This document shows, piece by piece, positions 34,453-44,019 of a DNA stretch of 64,000 nucleotides. Under the pieces are notes generated by a model. It did no database searches and was not told the origin of the DNA. It worked only from the letters and a program-made list of their open reading frames with translations. Position 1 is the stretch's first letter, and each line of letters starts with the position of its first letter. The stretch spans positions 186,001-250,000 of IMG/VR virus record IMGVR_UViG_3300032675_000001, one strand, 5' to 3'. The position numbers and the translations under genes were made by a program.

Positions 34453-34506
34453 AACTGCTTGACAGCCTAAGGTCTCCTTGTTATATGATTTGTGTAACAA
34501 GGAGAC

Positions 34507-34821
34507 ATGAAGATGAGCAAAGGTAAGTACAGCCCGGCACTGACCCGTAAAATGATCGCTGCGTGGGATGATGACACTTTCATCTATAATGCTGACAAGC
34601 AGATTCCTCCCCTGACTTGGGATTTCGGTGAGTATAGCTCTCGGGTTCATTTGGCTAACCATGACAAGGACGGCTTTGATAGCTATGGCTACAGCGCCTT
34701 TGATGCTGACGGCAATTATGTTGGCATTGGTGATGGTGTTGATCGTTACGGCTACACTGAAATGGACTACCTCGCTATGAGCGATGATGAGTTTGAATCC
34801 ATCTGCATCTACGGAGCTTGA
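34507..34821 (+). CDS. Hypothetical early protein
   Basis: Promoter at 34459; AAGGAG RBS; DGFDSYGY repeats. Confidence 0.65.
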   Translation: MKMSKGKYSPALTRKMIAAWDDDTFIYNADKQIPPLTWDFGEYSSRVHLANHDKDGFDSYGYSAFDADGNYVGIGDGVDRYGYTEMDYLAMSDDEFESICIYGA

Positions 34822-35030
34822 TCATGAATCCGAATCGCAAACTCAAGCAAGAAGTTTATATTCGTATTTGTCAGGACTCTGGGTGGCAGCTTGATTATAT
34901 TGAGGCTGCTAAGTTGGCAGGTAAGGTTCTCACCTGCCACCCGTTTGAAGTTTATAATGCATTTGGCGATATGAGCAATATGCAGAAGGTAGCAACTGGC
35001 GAACATCCTGCCTGCAATCGGAAGGTATAA
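34818..35030 (+). CDS. Hypothetical protein
   Basis: Coupled ORF. Confidence 0.55.
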   Translation: MIMNPNRKLKQEVYIRICQDSGWQLDYIEAAKLAGKVLTCHPFEVYNAFGDMSNMQKVATGEHPACNRKV

Positions 35031-35142
35031 AATGGGCAACAGGGTGAAGGAAATTCTTGACTTCACCCTGTTATTCGTGTATAAATAGACTTGTAGAGGG
35101 ATAGACCTTCTATATAAAATCGCTAACAAGGAGTTTGTAGCA

Positions 35143-36252
35143 ATGGAAGATAAAGAGTTTGACCTATTGGTCTTTGTGGGCCGGTTTCAGCCCTTTCACA
35201 ATGAACATAAGCGTGTCATTGACATCGCACTTCAAAAATCCCGACATGTATTGATTCTCGTAGGTTCGGCAGGTAAGGCCCGCACGATCCGCAATCCGTT
35301 CACCTTTGATGAGCGTCGGCAGATGATTCAGAATTCATTCAATGACGAATTCAAGCATCAAATTGCGTATCGTGATGAATATGCAGATGCTTTGAGTAAG
35401 CGTATTATCATCAAACCTCTTTATGACAAGACCTACAACGATGCTGCTTGGATCAAGCAGGTTCAGGAACTCGTCAAGGATACTACGCTTGACGTAATGA
35501 ATCCTAGCGGGTTCATGGCATCTGGCTACAATGATGCAAAGGTCGGACTGATTGGTGCCAGCAAGGATGGCTCAAGCTACTATCTCAAGCTGTTTCCGCA
35601 ATGGAAGTCGGTGAATGTTGAGATTGAAGCTGACGTTCATGCTACTACCATTCGTGAAGCGTTTCTAGATTCTCCTCCGGTCTGGGTGCTGAAAAACATC
35701 GGCAAAACTGTTCCTAATAGCGTGATGAAATTTTTGATTGATTTTTCTGTAACGGAAGAATACACTACCCTTCACCGAGAACTACTATTCGTCCGCAGCT
35801 ACAAGAAGCAGTGGGAAGTTGCACCCTATCCTCCTATTTTTGTTACCACAGATGCCCTAGTTACTTGTTCTGGACATATTCTTCTAGTTGAACGCAAGGC
35901 GGAACCGGGTAAAGGTATGCTTGCTCTTCCCGGAGGATTTTTGAATCAAGATGAAAAGATCATTGATGGTACTATTCGTGAACTGCGTGAAGAAACCAAG
36001 ATCAAAGTCCCAGAACCAGTTCTTCGGGGTAATATTGTTCGCACTGATGTTTTTGATGATCCTCACCGGTCCTCTCGCGGCAGGACGATCACACATTGTT
36101 CTTTAATTCAGCTTCCTAATGCAGTTGAATTACCTAAGGTTAAAGGATCGGACGATGCGCGAACCGCAGGGTGGTATAAACTCGGTGATCTTGATGAATC
36201 CATGTTGTTTGAGGATCATTGGCATATTATTCAATACCAACTCGGCCTTTAA
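35143..36252 (+). CDS. nadM: Bifunctional NMN adenylyltransferase / Nudix ADP-ribose pyrophosphatase
   Basis: GRFQPFHNEH, NPFT..ER, HATTIR; Nudix GGF..RELREET, GSDDA. Confidence 0.93.
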   Translation: MEDKEFDLLVFVGRFQPFHNEHKRVIDIALQKSRHVLILVGSAGKARTIRNPFTFDERRQMIQNSFNDEFKHQIAYRDEYADALSKRIIIKPLYDKTYNDAAWIKQVQELVKDTTLDVMNPSGFMASGYNDAKVGLIGASKDGSSYYLKLFPQWKSVNVEIEADVHATTIREAFLDSPPVWVLKNIGKTVPNSVMKFLIDFSVTEEYTTLHRELLFVRSYKKQWEVAPYPPIFVTTDALVTCSGHILLVERKAEPGKGMLALPGGFLNQDEKIIDGTIRELREETKIKVPEPVLRGNIVRTDVFDDPHRSSRGRTITHCSLIQLPNAVELPKVKGSDDARTAGWYKLGDLDESMLFEDHWHIIQYQLGL

Positions 36253-36284
36253 TTAGTGTATTGATGAATAAGAGGGCTTTGATC

Positions 36285-36470
36285 ATGGAAGATAATGAAG
36301 TAGGCGGACATAAGTTTCCGGTCCAACTTGGAGAAGTTATTATGAGTGCTATTAATGCTCTACCAGAGGAAGAATATGCAAATGGCAGAACAGCGGCTTA
36401 TTGGCATATTATGGGCGTTCTTGATCGGCATCTTGTAAGGAATCACAATTCTACTGTTGAGGGACTTTGA
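36285..36470 (+). CDS. Hypothetical protein
   Basis: Small ORF in the operon. Confidence 0.45.
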   Translation: MEDNEVGGHKFPVQLGEVIMSAINALPEEEYANGRTAAYWHIMGVLDRHLVRNHNSTVEGL

Positions 36471-36964
36471 TTATGCTTAATCACATTAAAGGCAATCTCA
36501 TTGACCTTGCTGAGCAGGGTGAATTTGATGTTATCGTGCATGGGGCGAACTGCCAAAATGTTATGGGGAGTGGTATTGCCAAAGAGATTCGCGCACGATA
36601 TCCTCAAGTATATGAAGCCGATACTATTGCCACCAAGCAATGGAAAAATCCTGTTGCAAAGTTAGGAAACTTTAGTACATATGCTACTTATGGTAAGCCA
36701 AGTGATAGTGAACACCCTTTTATCATTGTAAACGCTTACACCCAGTTGCACTATCTGCCTCGTGGAGTTGATCATTTTGAGTATGAAAGCTTCTATCTCA
36801 TCTTGAAGAAGCTAGCGGTACTTGGTGGAGTTCGTTTCGGCTTCCCACTAATTGGATGCGGGTTAGCAGGCGGTGATAAGGATCGTATCATTGCCATGCT
36901 GGAAGACTTTGCTGAAAAGGTTTCTGCTAAGGGTGGGGCTGTCACTCTTGTGGAATTCGGTTGA
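36467..36964 (+). CDS. Macro domain (ADP-ribose binding/hydrolase) protein
   Basis: KGNL, VHGANC..MGSGIA, NAYTQ, FPLIGCGLAGG. Confidence 0.88.
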   Translation: MIMLNHIKGNLIDLAEQGEFDVIVHGANCQNVMGSGIAKEIRARYPQVYEADTIATKQWKNPVAKLGNFSTYATYGKPSDSEHPFIIVNAYTQLHYLPRGVDHFEYESFYLILKKLAVLGGVRFGFPLIGCGLAGGDKDRIIAMLEDFAEKVSAKGGAVTLVEFG

Positions 36965-36971
36965 GGTTATT

Positions 36972-37172
36972 ATGATTGAACTAGATGATTTTCCAAAATG
37001 GGAAAGGTTTGGAATTCACAACGACCTTCCCGTATATAAAGTATACACATCTGAAATTCGCAGTTGGGTAGAATCGCAGTCAGAGAAGTTGTGGAAACCC
37101 TATATGTATGGTTATGTAGATTATGTTTTTACTAAAGAACTTGAAATGCTATTCCTATTGAGGTGGTCATAA
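36972..37172 (+). CDS. Hypothetical protein
   Basis: GAGG RBS; ends in FLLRWS, a frequent phage small-protein tail. Confidence 0.55.
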   Translation: MIELDDFPKWERFGIHNDLPVYKVYTSEIRSWVESQSEKLWKPYMYGYVDYVFTKELEMLFLLRWS

Positions 37173-37230
37173 ACTGTAGTTTTTGATTACAAAGTATAAA
37201 TACTGTCATATTAATCAGTATGAGGTATTT

Positions 37231-37989
37231 ATGGACTACACAAAGTTATACGAGTTGTTGATAGAAACAAGGAGAAGTAAAGGAATTCCAGAAGGCTATA
37301 AAGAGGTTCATCATATTGTCCCTAGAAGTTTCGGGGGAAGTGATGATCCAGAAAACTTAGTGGTCTTGACTGCACGGGAACATTTTGTTGCTCATAGACT
37401 ATTAGCCAAGATGTATCCTAACTCAGGCATGGTTCACGCAGTATATAAGATGGCTTGCTCTAACCTCACTATGAAACGATTCAAAGTTACGAGTAGAGTA
37501 TATGAACATTTGCGTAGTGCCCATGCCCATAGAGTTTCTACCGACGAAGTTGCTAAGATGAAGAAGTCGCTTGCTGGTAAAGGAAAGAAGCAAAGTGAAG
37601 ATCATATTAAAGCAAGGACTGAAAGTAGAAAGCAGAACGGAAAATCTTGGTTAAGTGATGAAGCTAAACGAAATATGTCTAAACCAAGAATCAAAGTTAG
37701 CTCAAGGAAAGGACGAAAGTTTAGCACACCGGAAGAACTTGCAGGTATTGCCAAGATGGTGGAAGCTAGGAAACAGAATGGATCATATGCTTGGACAGAG
37801 GAACAGAAACTAGCACAAAGTCTCAGATTCACTGGGAAGAAAAAGAACACGAAACCATTAACTGACGATCAAAAACAAAGGTTAAGGCAAGAAAAAACAA
37901 AACCAGTTACTTGTCCGCATTGTGGAAAAGTAGGAGCAATGATGGTTATGCCTAGATGGCATTTTGACAATTGCAAAAATAAAAGTTGA
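37231..37989 (+). mobile_element. Free-standing HNH homing endonuclease with NUMOD3-like repeats
   Basis: EVHHIVPRSFGGSDDPENLVVLTAREHFVAH; C-terminal CPHCGK..RWHFDNC. Confidence 0.88.
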
Positions 37990-38071
37990 CAAATCAATTC
38001 GGGTTTGTTATACTCACAAATGCAAAGGCGATAGACGTCGAAGCACATTGTTAATAAAAGGAGTTTTTATT

Positions 38072-39436
38072 ATGACACAACACAACATTTGCCTGAATGC
38101 AGATTCTTACAAGTACTCAATGTATGTGCAATACCCTCCTAACACGACTGGCATTTACAGCTACATTGAAAGTCGCGGCGGCGTTCACAGTTCTACTGTG
38201 TTCTTCGGCTTGCAGGCATTCATCAAGGAATATCTTTGTGCTCCAATCACGCAAGAAATGATTGACGAAGCCGAAGCTATTATCCTTGCACACGGAGAAC
38301 CTTTCAATCGTGAAGGTTGGGAATACATTCTGCGTGAACATGATGGCTATCTGCCTGTTCGCATCAAGGCAGTGCCTGAAGGTACTGTTGTTCCTGTCAA
38401 GAATGTTCTCGCTACTATTGAGAACACTGATCCCAACTGCTACTGGCTGACCAGCTTCCTTGAAACTGCGCTGCTTCGTGCAATTTGGTATCCTACAACT
38501 GTTGCTACCAACAGCTACGAAAACAAGAAATTGATTCTTGAATATTTGGAGAAGACTGGTGACCCTACTACTATTGATTTCAAGCTACACGATTTTGGTG
38601 CTCGTGGGGTATCGAGCCTTGAGAGTGCTGGCATCGGAGGCGCTGCCCACTTGGTTAACTTCATGGGAACAGACACGGTTGAGGCTCTTCTGTTTGCTCG
38701 TCGTTACTATAATGCTGATATGGCAGGGTTTAGCGTACCTGCTATGGAACACAGCACTGTAACTAGCTGGGGTCGCGAATACGAAGTTGATTCGTATCGC
38801 AACATGGTCAAGAAAAACGGCAAGCCCGGTGGCATTGTTTCGGCAGTATCGGATAGCTATGACATCTTCAAGGCTTGCGAACTGTGGGGTACGGAACTCA
38901 AGCAGGATGTGCTTGATAGTGGTGCTACTCTTGTTGTTCGTCCTGATTCGGGCGATCCGGCCGATGTGGTTAGTAAGTGCTTGAAGATTCTTGACAAGTA
39001 CTTTGGTCACACTGTCAATGACAAGGGCTTCAAGGTCCTGAACAATGTTCGTGTGTTGCAGGGCGATGGTATCAATCACGCAAGCATTCGCAGCATTCTC
39101 TACACTATCACGCTTGCTGGCTACAGTGCTGACAACGTGGTGTTTGGTCAGGGTGGTGCATTGCTCCAGATTGTGAACCGCGATGATCAAAAATTCGCTC
39201 TTAAGTGCAGTGCTGCATTAGTTAATGATCAATGGGTTAACGTATTTAAAGACCCTATCACTGATCAAGGCAAACAAAGCAAGAAAGGTCGCGTAACCCT
39301 TTACCAAGATTCGGATGGAAAATACTTTACCGATATTGAGGGGAAGGGCGAGTCAGTACTAGTAACCGTTTTTGAGAACGGTCACTTGATTACTGAACAC
39401 ACATTTGATGATATCAGGAAACGAGCTTCGCTCTAA
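38072..39436 (+). CDS. nadV: Nicotinamide phosphoribosyltransferase
   Basis: DSYK, LHDFGARG, AMEHS, VSDSYD, RPDSGDP, QGDG, KDPITD..K.SKKG. Confidence 0.95.
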   Translation: MTQHNICLNADSYKYSMYVQYPPNTTGIYSYIESRGGVHSSTVFFGLQAFIKEYLCAPITQEMIDEAEAIILAHGEPFNREGWEYILREHDGYLPVRIKAVPEGTVVPVKNVLATIENTDPNCYWLTSFLETALLRAIWYPTTVATNSYENKKLILEYLEKTGDPTTIDFKLHDFGARGVSSLESAGIGGAAHLVNFMGTDTVEALLFARRYYNADMAGFSVPAMEHSTVTSWGREYEVDSYRNMVKKNGKPGGIVSAVSDSYDIFKACELWGTELKQDVLDSGATLVVRPDSGDPADVVSKCLKILDKYFGHTVNDKGFKVLNNVRVLQGDGINHASIRSILYTITLAGYSADNVVFGQGGALLQIVNRDDQKFALKCSAALVNDQWVNVFKDPITDQGKQSKKGRVTLYQDSDGKYFTDIEGKGESVLVTVFENGHLITEHTFDDIRKRASL

Positions 39437-40418
39437 TACCTACAATTTCTTTAGTTATCCATCTAGGGTCATCTTTTTCTACCCTTCCAACTGACTTGCC
39501 CGTTCTAGAGCATTTTGCAATAATAGTGTTTTTAGAACGGGCAATTATTTCTCCAGTACCCCATCTTGGATCATTCCTGTGAATATTTCCCAGAGATTCA
39601 CGGGTTTTTGAATCTTTGGCGGGTATGAAGTCTTTAGACATACTGATGATTTCTCCAGTTTTCCATCTCGGGTCTGTTACGGATATTCTTCCTAATGGCA
39701 TATTAGTTGTGGCATCAATTGCAGGAGCATTTTTAGAATTCACATGTTTAATGGTTCCATTTATGTAGTCTGGGTCATTGCGTGAAATCATACCATTTTT
39801 GGTAGCAACGAATTCGGAAAAGAGCGGAGACCCTATTATTTCTCCAGTTTTCCAGCGCGAGTCTGTTACAGCAATTCTTCCAATACATTTCTTTGTAACA
39901 GGATCATATGCTGTTCCGTAACCATTACTGGTGCTTTTCAACTTTCCTGAAAGATATGTTGGATTAGTTTTTTCTGTTTGAAATGTCTTTCCGTTTTCAT
40001 CGCGAACTGCGAGCTTGCCTTTTGTATTTCCTTGAATTTCTCCAGTTTTAACTCTTTCGTCTTCACAGTCAACCCACACTAAGTTACCATTATGATCAAT
40101 TCCGCAGAAATGTCCAGTTGTATCAAATTTAGAATTACCATACGCTCTATTGAGCCATTTTTGGTCGTGTATTACATTCAGTTTGCGTTGAACTTTATCC
40201 TCCCACTGTCTGGAAGCTAATACATTGTTAAAGATTTTTCTAACTTGGATAACATCGGGGTGTCCGTTATCTTCTATAAACTGTTTGACAATTGGACTTG
40301 AAGTAAAGTATGTGGTCCATAGATCAGATGGGTGGCAGTTTTTGGCGTATCGCACACCATAGTACCATTTGTTGAGATTGGTCCACCCGATAAGATATGT
40401 AAATGGAGTATGTTGCAT
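39414..40418 (-). mobile_element. Seg-like GIY-YIG homing endonuclease with repeated C-terminal modules
   Basis: PFTYLIGW...YYGVR..YFTSS; about 7 D(P)RWxTGEI-like repeats. Confidence 0.8.
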
Positions 40419-40524
40419 TTTTATCCCTTTTGAAAGTTTGCTATGATTATTTATCTTTTCTCTTGACATTCCGATCAACTTAGTGTAATGTGAAAACATG
40501 ATGAACGAACACACAGGAGTTAAG

Positions 40525-40857
40525 ATGAAGAGGTATGCTTATTTCTTCACGCGACAAGACATTTTCCGCGAGTACCAATTGGTGCAGACGGCTCATGTCG
40601 TTATGAAACTCGGCTACGGTCTTTGGAAGAACGGTGATGCTGACGCTGATCCGGACAACACTTACTTCACTTGTGTTGGTGTTCGCAATCTAGAAGCCCT
40701 TGCGGCTGTTGAAAAGATTCTCATTAAGTTTGGATTCAAGTACGAGAAGTTTCTTGAACCTGATCTAAACGATGGTGAGTATACTGCACTGGCAGTTTAT
40801 CCAGTTGATGAAGATAAGCGGGATGTCCTGCTTGCATTTAACCTGCTAAAGTTTTGA
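40525..40857 (+). CDS. Peptidyl-tRNA hydrolase 2-like protein
   Basis: QLVQTAH...F.EPDL....TALAVYP...LL pattern. Confidence 0.55.
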   Translation: MKRYAYFFTRQDIFREYQLVQTAHVVMKLGYGLWKNGDADADPDNTYFTCVGVRNLEALAAVEKILIKFGFKYEKFLEPDLNDGEYTALAVYPVDEDKRDVLLAFNLLKF

Positions 40858-40864
40858 GGAAAAA

Positions 40865-41926
40865 ATGGCATACTTTTTGAAGAACGGTAATACTTTCCGA
40901 GTTTCCAGCAAGGAAGCTATGGATTTGCACGAACAACTTCCTGCAGGCAACTACACTATTGCTCAGGATATGATGGGCAACTTCTATCTTGAACAGATTG
41001 ATGACTTTGAGATTCCTGCGAAGATGTATGGCAATACTCTTCGTCATACTGATCGCATCATCAATACGTTCTGGGAACGTCCACAGCAGACCGGTGTTCT
41101 GTTGAACGGTGAAAAGGGTTCGGGTAAGACTTTGCTTGCCAAGAATCTCTCTACTGAACTTGCAAAGCAGGGTGTTCCTACTATCGTGATCAACCGCGAT
41201 TGGAAGGGTGACGCATTCTTCAAGCTGTTGCAGGACATTGATCAGCCTTGTGTCGTTCTCTTTGACGAGTTTGAAAAGGTCTATGATCGTGAAGATCAGG
41301 AACAGATTCTGACTCTGCTTGACGGTGTGTTCGGCAGCAAGAAGCTTTACGTTCTTACTTGCAATGACAAGTACCGCATTGATTCGCACATGCGTAATCG
41401 TCCGGGTCGTATCTTCTACCTGCTTGACTTCAAGGGTCTTGATTCTGCATTCATTCGTGAATACTGTGAAGATCGTCTGAACAACAAGCAGTACATTGAT
41501 CAGATTTGCGGTCTTACGAGCCTCTTTAATCAGTTCAACTTTGACATGCTCAAGGCACTTGTTGAAGAAATGAACCGTTACAACGAGTCTCCGTCCGAAG
41601 CCCTTGAAATGCTCAATGCGAAGATTGAGTATGATGACGGTGCCAAGTTTGACCTCAAGTTGATTGACAATGGTGTTGAAGTTGAGGACGTATGTCCGTC
41701 GCAGTGGCGAGGCAACCCGCTTGCTGTTGCTGGTATCAATGTTGAATATGACACTGATCCCAACGACGATGATGCGGAGTACAAGGACCTTCGCTTCACT
41801 CCTGAACATCTGATCAACCTGAACACTCAGGAAGGTCGCTTCATCTTTGAAAGCAAGGGCGCGCGTCTCATTATGACTCGCGCTAAGGAGAAGCCGTTGT
41901 TTGATTACATTTATCTTGCTATCTGA
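40865..41926 (+). CDS. AAA+ ATPase
   Basis: GEKGSGKT, LFDEFEK, RPGRI. Confidence 0.9.
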   Translation: MAYFLKNGNTFRVSSKEAMDLHEQLPAGNYTIAQDMMGNFYLEQIDDFEIPAKMYGNTLRHTDRIINTFWERPQQTGVLLNGEKGSGKTLLAKNLSTELAKQGVPTIVINRDWKGDAFFKLLQDIDQPCVVLFDEFEKVYDREDQEQILTLLDGVFGSKKLYVLTCNDKYRIDSHMRNRPGRIFYLLDFKGLDSAFIREYCEDRLNNKQYIDQICGLTSLFNQFNFDMLKALVEEMNRYNESPSEALEMLNAKIEYDDGAKFDLKLIDNGVEVEDVCPSQWRGNPLAVAGINVEYDTDPNDDDAEYKDLRFTPEHLINLNTQEGRFIFESKGARLIMTRAKEKPLFDYIYLAI

Positions 41927-41936
41927 AAAGGAGAGG

Positions 41937-41958
41937 TGTAGGGGCTTCGGCCCCTACA
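41937..41958 (+). terminator. UUCG hairpin, probable terminator
   Basis: TGTAGGGGC-TTCG-GCCCCTACA. Confidence 0.7.
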
Positions 41959-41965
41959 TTATTAC

Positions 41966-42388
41966 ATGCTAGAATGCTTAATCATCGGAGATAGTATTGC
42001 ACATGGTGTTGCTATGCAGCGCCATGTGTGTGCTGATTATGGTCATGTCGGTTGGACCAGCAAACAAGTGAACCGACACTACAAAACTTTTTCACTGAAT
42101 GCAGACACTGTGGTAATCAGTTTGGGAACAAACGATACTGCAATGATAGATACTTATAGCGAGATTAGCCAGCTACGGTCTAGAATCCAAGCCAAGCGAG
42201 TAATCTGGATCATTCCTGCCGCAGTTAATCCTAAGTCAGGCACAACAGCACTGACAATCCAGCACATCGTGTCAACAGTCGCATCAATGTACAAAGATTA
42301 CACACTAACGATTCCCAAGCCACTAGCCGACCATTATCATCCTACTGGTAAGGGATATAAACAACTCGCAAAGGAAGCAGGATTATGA
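41966..42388 (+). CDS. SGNH/GDSL hydrolase
   Basis: GDSIA, SLGTND, DHYHP. Confidence 0.85.
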   Translation: MLECLIIGDSIAHGVAMQRHVCADYGHVGWTSKQVNRHYKTFSLNADTVVISLGTNDTAMIDTYSEISQLRSRIQAKRVIWIIPAAVNPKSGTTALTIQHIVSTVASMYKDYTLTIPKPLADHYHPTGKGYKQLAKEAGL

Positions 42389-42882
42389 ACTGGTTAACTA
42401 TGGTAGGCGGAACCATACCCAAATACGCACAGGAGATTGCTACTGATTTGGAAGAAGCAATGTCTTCTGATAGTGGGCTTACTGAGATTGATTCTCATGC
42501 GTGTGCATTGGCAGCAGCAGTAGCAACCGGAAACGGTGGACTCGGATTTGAGATTTCAATGAATGGTCCTCTGTTCAAGACAAATGAGCGTGAAGCAGCA
42601 AAACGTGCAGCCACACTTCTTTCTTACAAAGATACATTATACATTTTTAACTCCTGCTTTGAATGGTCCGGATTGACTCCTGACATCAGCTATTCTGACA
42701 GCAGTGTAACTGAAACGCAGTATACAATGTATGAGTTTGCGGCTGCAGTGGCTCTTAAGAACAAGGTTTTCATTGCAGAGCGAATGAAGAACCTGACTAG
42801 CATGGGTGTTCCGCACTCTCAGATTATGGCAATCTCTAAGATTGCGGCGGTGGTTGCAACCTTCTCTAAGATTGTTGTTTGA
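42385..42882 (+). CDS. AhpD-like protein lacking the CxxC motif
   Basis: IPKYAQ..L, ACALAAAVA.GN, EAAK.AA, YEFAAAV, KIAAVV match the AhpD layout. Confidence 0.55.
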   Translation: MNWLTMVGGTIPKYAQEIATDLEEAMSSDSGLTEIDSHACALAAAVATGNGGLGFEISMNGPLFKTNEREAAKRAATLLSYKDTLYIFNSCFEWSGLTPDISYSDSSVTETQYTMYEFAAAVALKNKVFIAERMKNLTSMGVPHSQIMAISKIAAVVATFSKIVV

Positions 42883-43437
42883 TTACTTAATACCGATAAT
42901 CATAAATCTACGATACCCGTTGTCATCACTATACCTAATCTCTTTAGTACCAGAGAACAGATACTTTGACATCGGGTATTTTTGTGCCAAATCATCAAGT
43001 TCCTCGTTTGGATTAACGCACAACCAAACATCATCATCGCCAATCGTGACATCACTTGATTGGATGCAAACAAGTTTGCCGTACTCAAGATTCTCAAACC
43101 AATCGTTGGTAGCCATATGTTCTGGCGAACAGTTGATAATCACATCATACCAAGATACATCATATGACCCAGCATCAGCGGTTAAGTTTTGAACTTTTCC
43201 ATCTATCGTCCAAGCGTCTACTATTTTATCAGCGATAGGCTTCACATCAGGGTCTAAATCAATGCCCAAAAAGGCTTGACATTGATCTGGGTTACGTGTT
43301 AGAAGCATAAATGCAACGAGGTTGTACCAACTTCCAAGCACTGCTACCTTAGCATTGTCGGGAAGAAACGGTTCAAGTTCTTTGCACAACCAGAGTTTAC
43401 TCTGGATTTGTCCATGAGAGAAAGCATCAAAGTTCAT
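42883..43437 (-). CDS. Class I SAM-methyltransferase-like phage protein
   Basis: FSHGQIQSKLWL, VLGSWY, GIDLD, VIINCSPEH, RFMIIG. Confidence 0.7.
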   Translation of the reverse strand: MNFDAFSHGQIQSKLWLCKELEPFLPDNAKVAVLGSWYNLVAFMLLTRNPDQCQAFLGIDLDPDVKPIADKIVDAWTIDGKVQNLTADAGSYDVSWYDVIINCSPEHMATNDWFENLEYGKLVCIQSSDVTIGDDDVWLCVNPNEELDDLAQKYPMSKYLFSGTKEIRYSDDNGYRRFMIIGIK

Positions 43438-43461
43438 GTGAATATTTAGATGATTTTTTTC

Positions 43462-43567
43462 TTGACAACAGTTTTTGAATGATATATAAGAGTGAATATG
43501 AAGCGATTTTGAGGAAAAGTTGAAAAACAGCCCCTTAAATGGCGTTTTTTTAAACACGGAATAAATA
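43462..43567 (+). promoter_or_regulatory. Tandem sigma70-like and late promoters heading the tRNA region
   Basis: TTGACA at 43462 with a TATATA/TATAA -10 region; TAAATA at 43562. Confidence 0.6.
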
Positions 43568-43575
43568 AACTTACT

Positions 43576-43722
43576 ATGAATAACACTTGTAACATATGTC
43601 TGCAACAGCATAAACAACTCTGGGCACTCGCCACAGAAGGGTTAACTATGCCTGTAGCATATCCTACAAGCATCCGCGTTAGCTTTAATTCATTGAATGG
43701 TGACGGGGGTACACAGGTTTGA
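43576..43722 (+). CDS. Putative attenuator leader peptide (48 aa, all 20 amino acids)
   Basis: MNNTCNICLQQHKQLWALATEGLTMPVAYPTSIRVSFNSLNGDGGTQV*; the stop lies in the antiterminator arm. Confidence 0.65.
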   Translation: MNNTCNICLQQHKQLWALATEGLTMPVAYPTSIRVSFNSLNGDGGTQV

Positions 43723-43758
43723 CAAAGAAGTAGAAACTTCAAACATCAAATCTAAGGT

Positions 43759-43787
43759 ACCCCGGAAAGAAGTTTCCGGGGTTTTTT
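43759..43787 (+). terminator. Rho-independent terminator (attenuator), mutually exclusive with antiterminator 43706-43763
   Basis: ACCCCGGAAA-GAAG-TTTCCGGGGT-TTTTT. Confidence 0.85.
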
Positions 43788-44019
43788 GTTAGTCAAGGCC
43801 AAAAACTTTGACAGTTGGGATGAAAGACCTGACAAAAGTGCAAGTCGGAACGAGGCTGCAAAGCACTATAAAAAAAGAACGGGCGTCACTGGGATGAAAT
43901 CTGTGGAGGTAACACAGAGAGTAAAAAAGGTGGGGAGCGGGTCAGTCCGAATTGCCGGACAACATATCTCGCTCCATCAAGAAACAAAAGGCTATTTCAT
44001 ATTAGATAGGAGTACGAAT

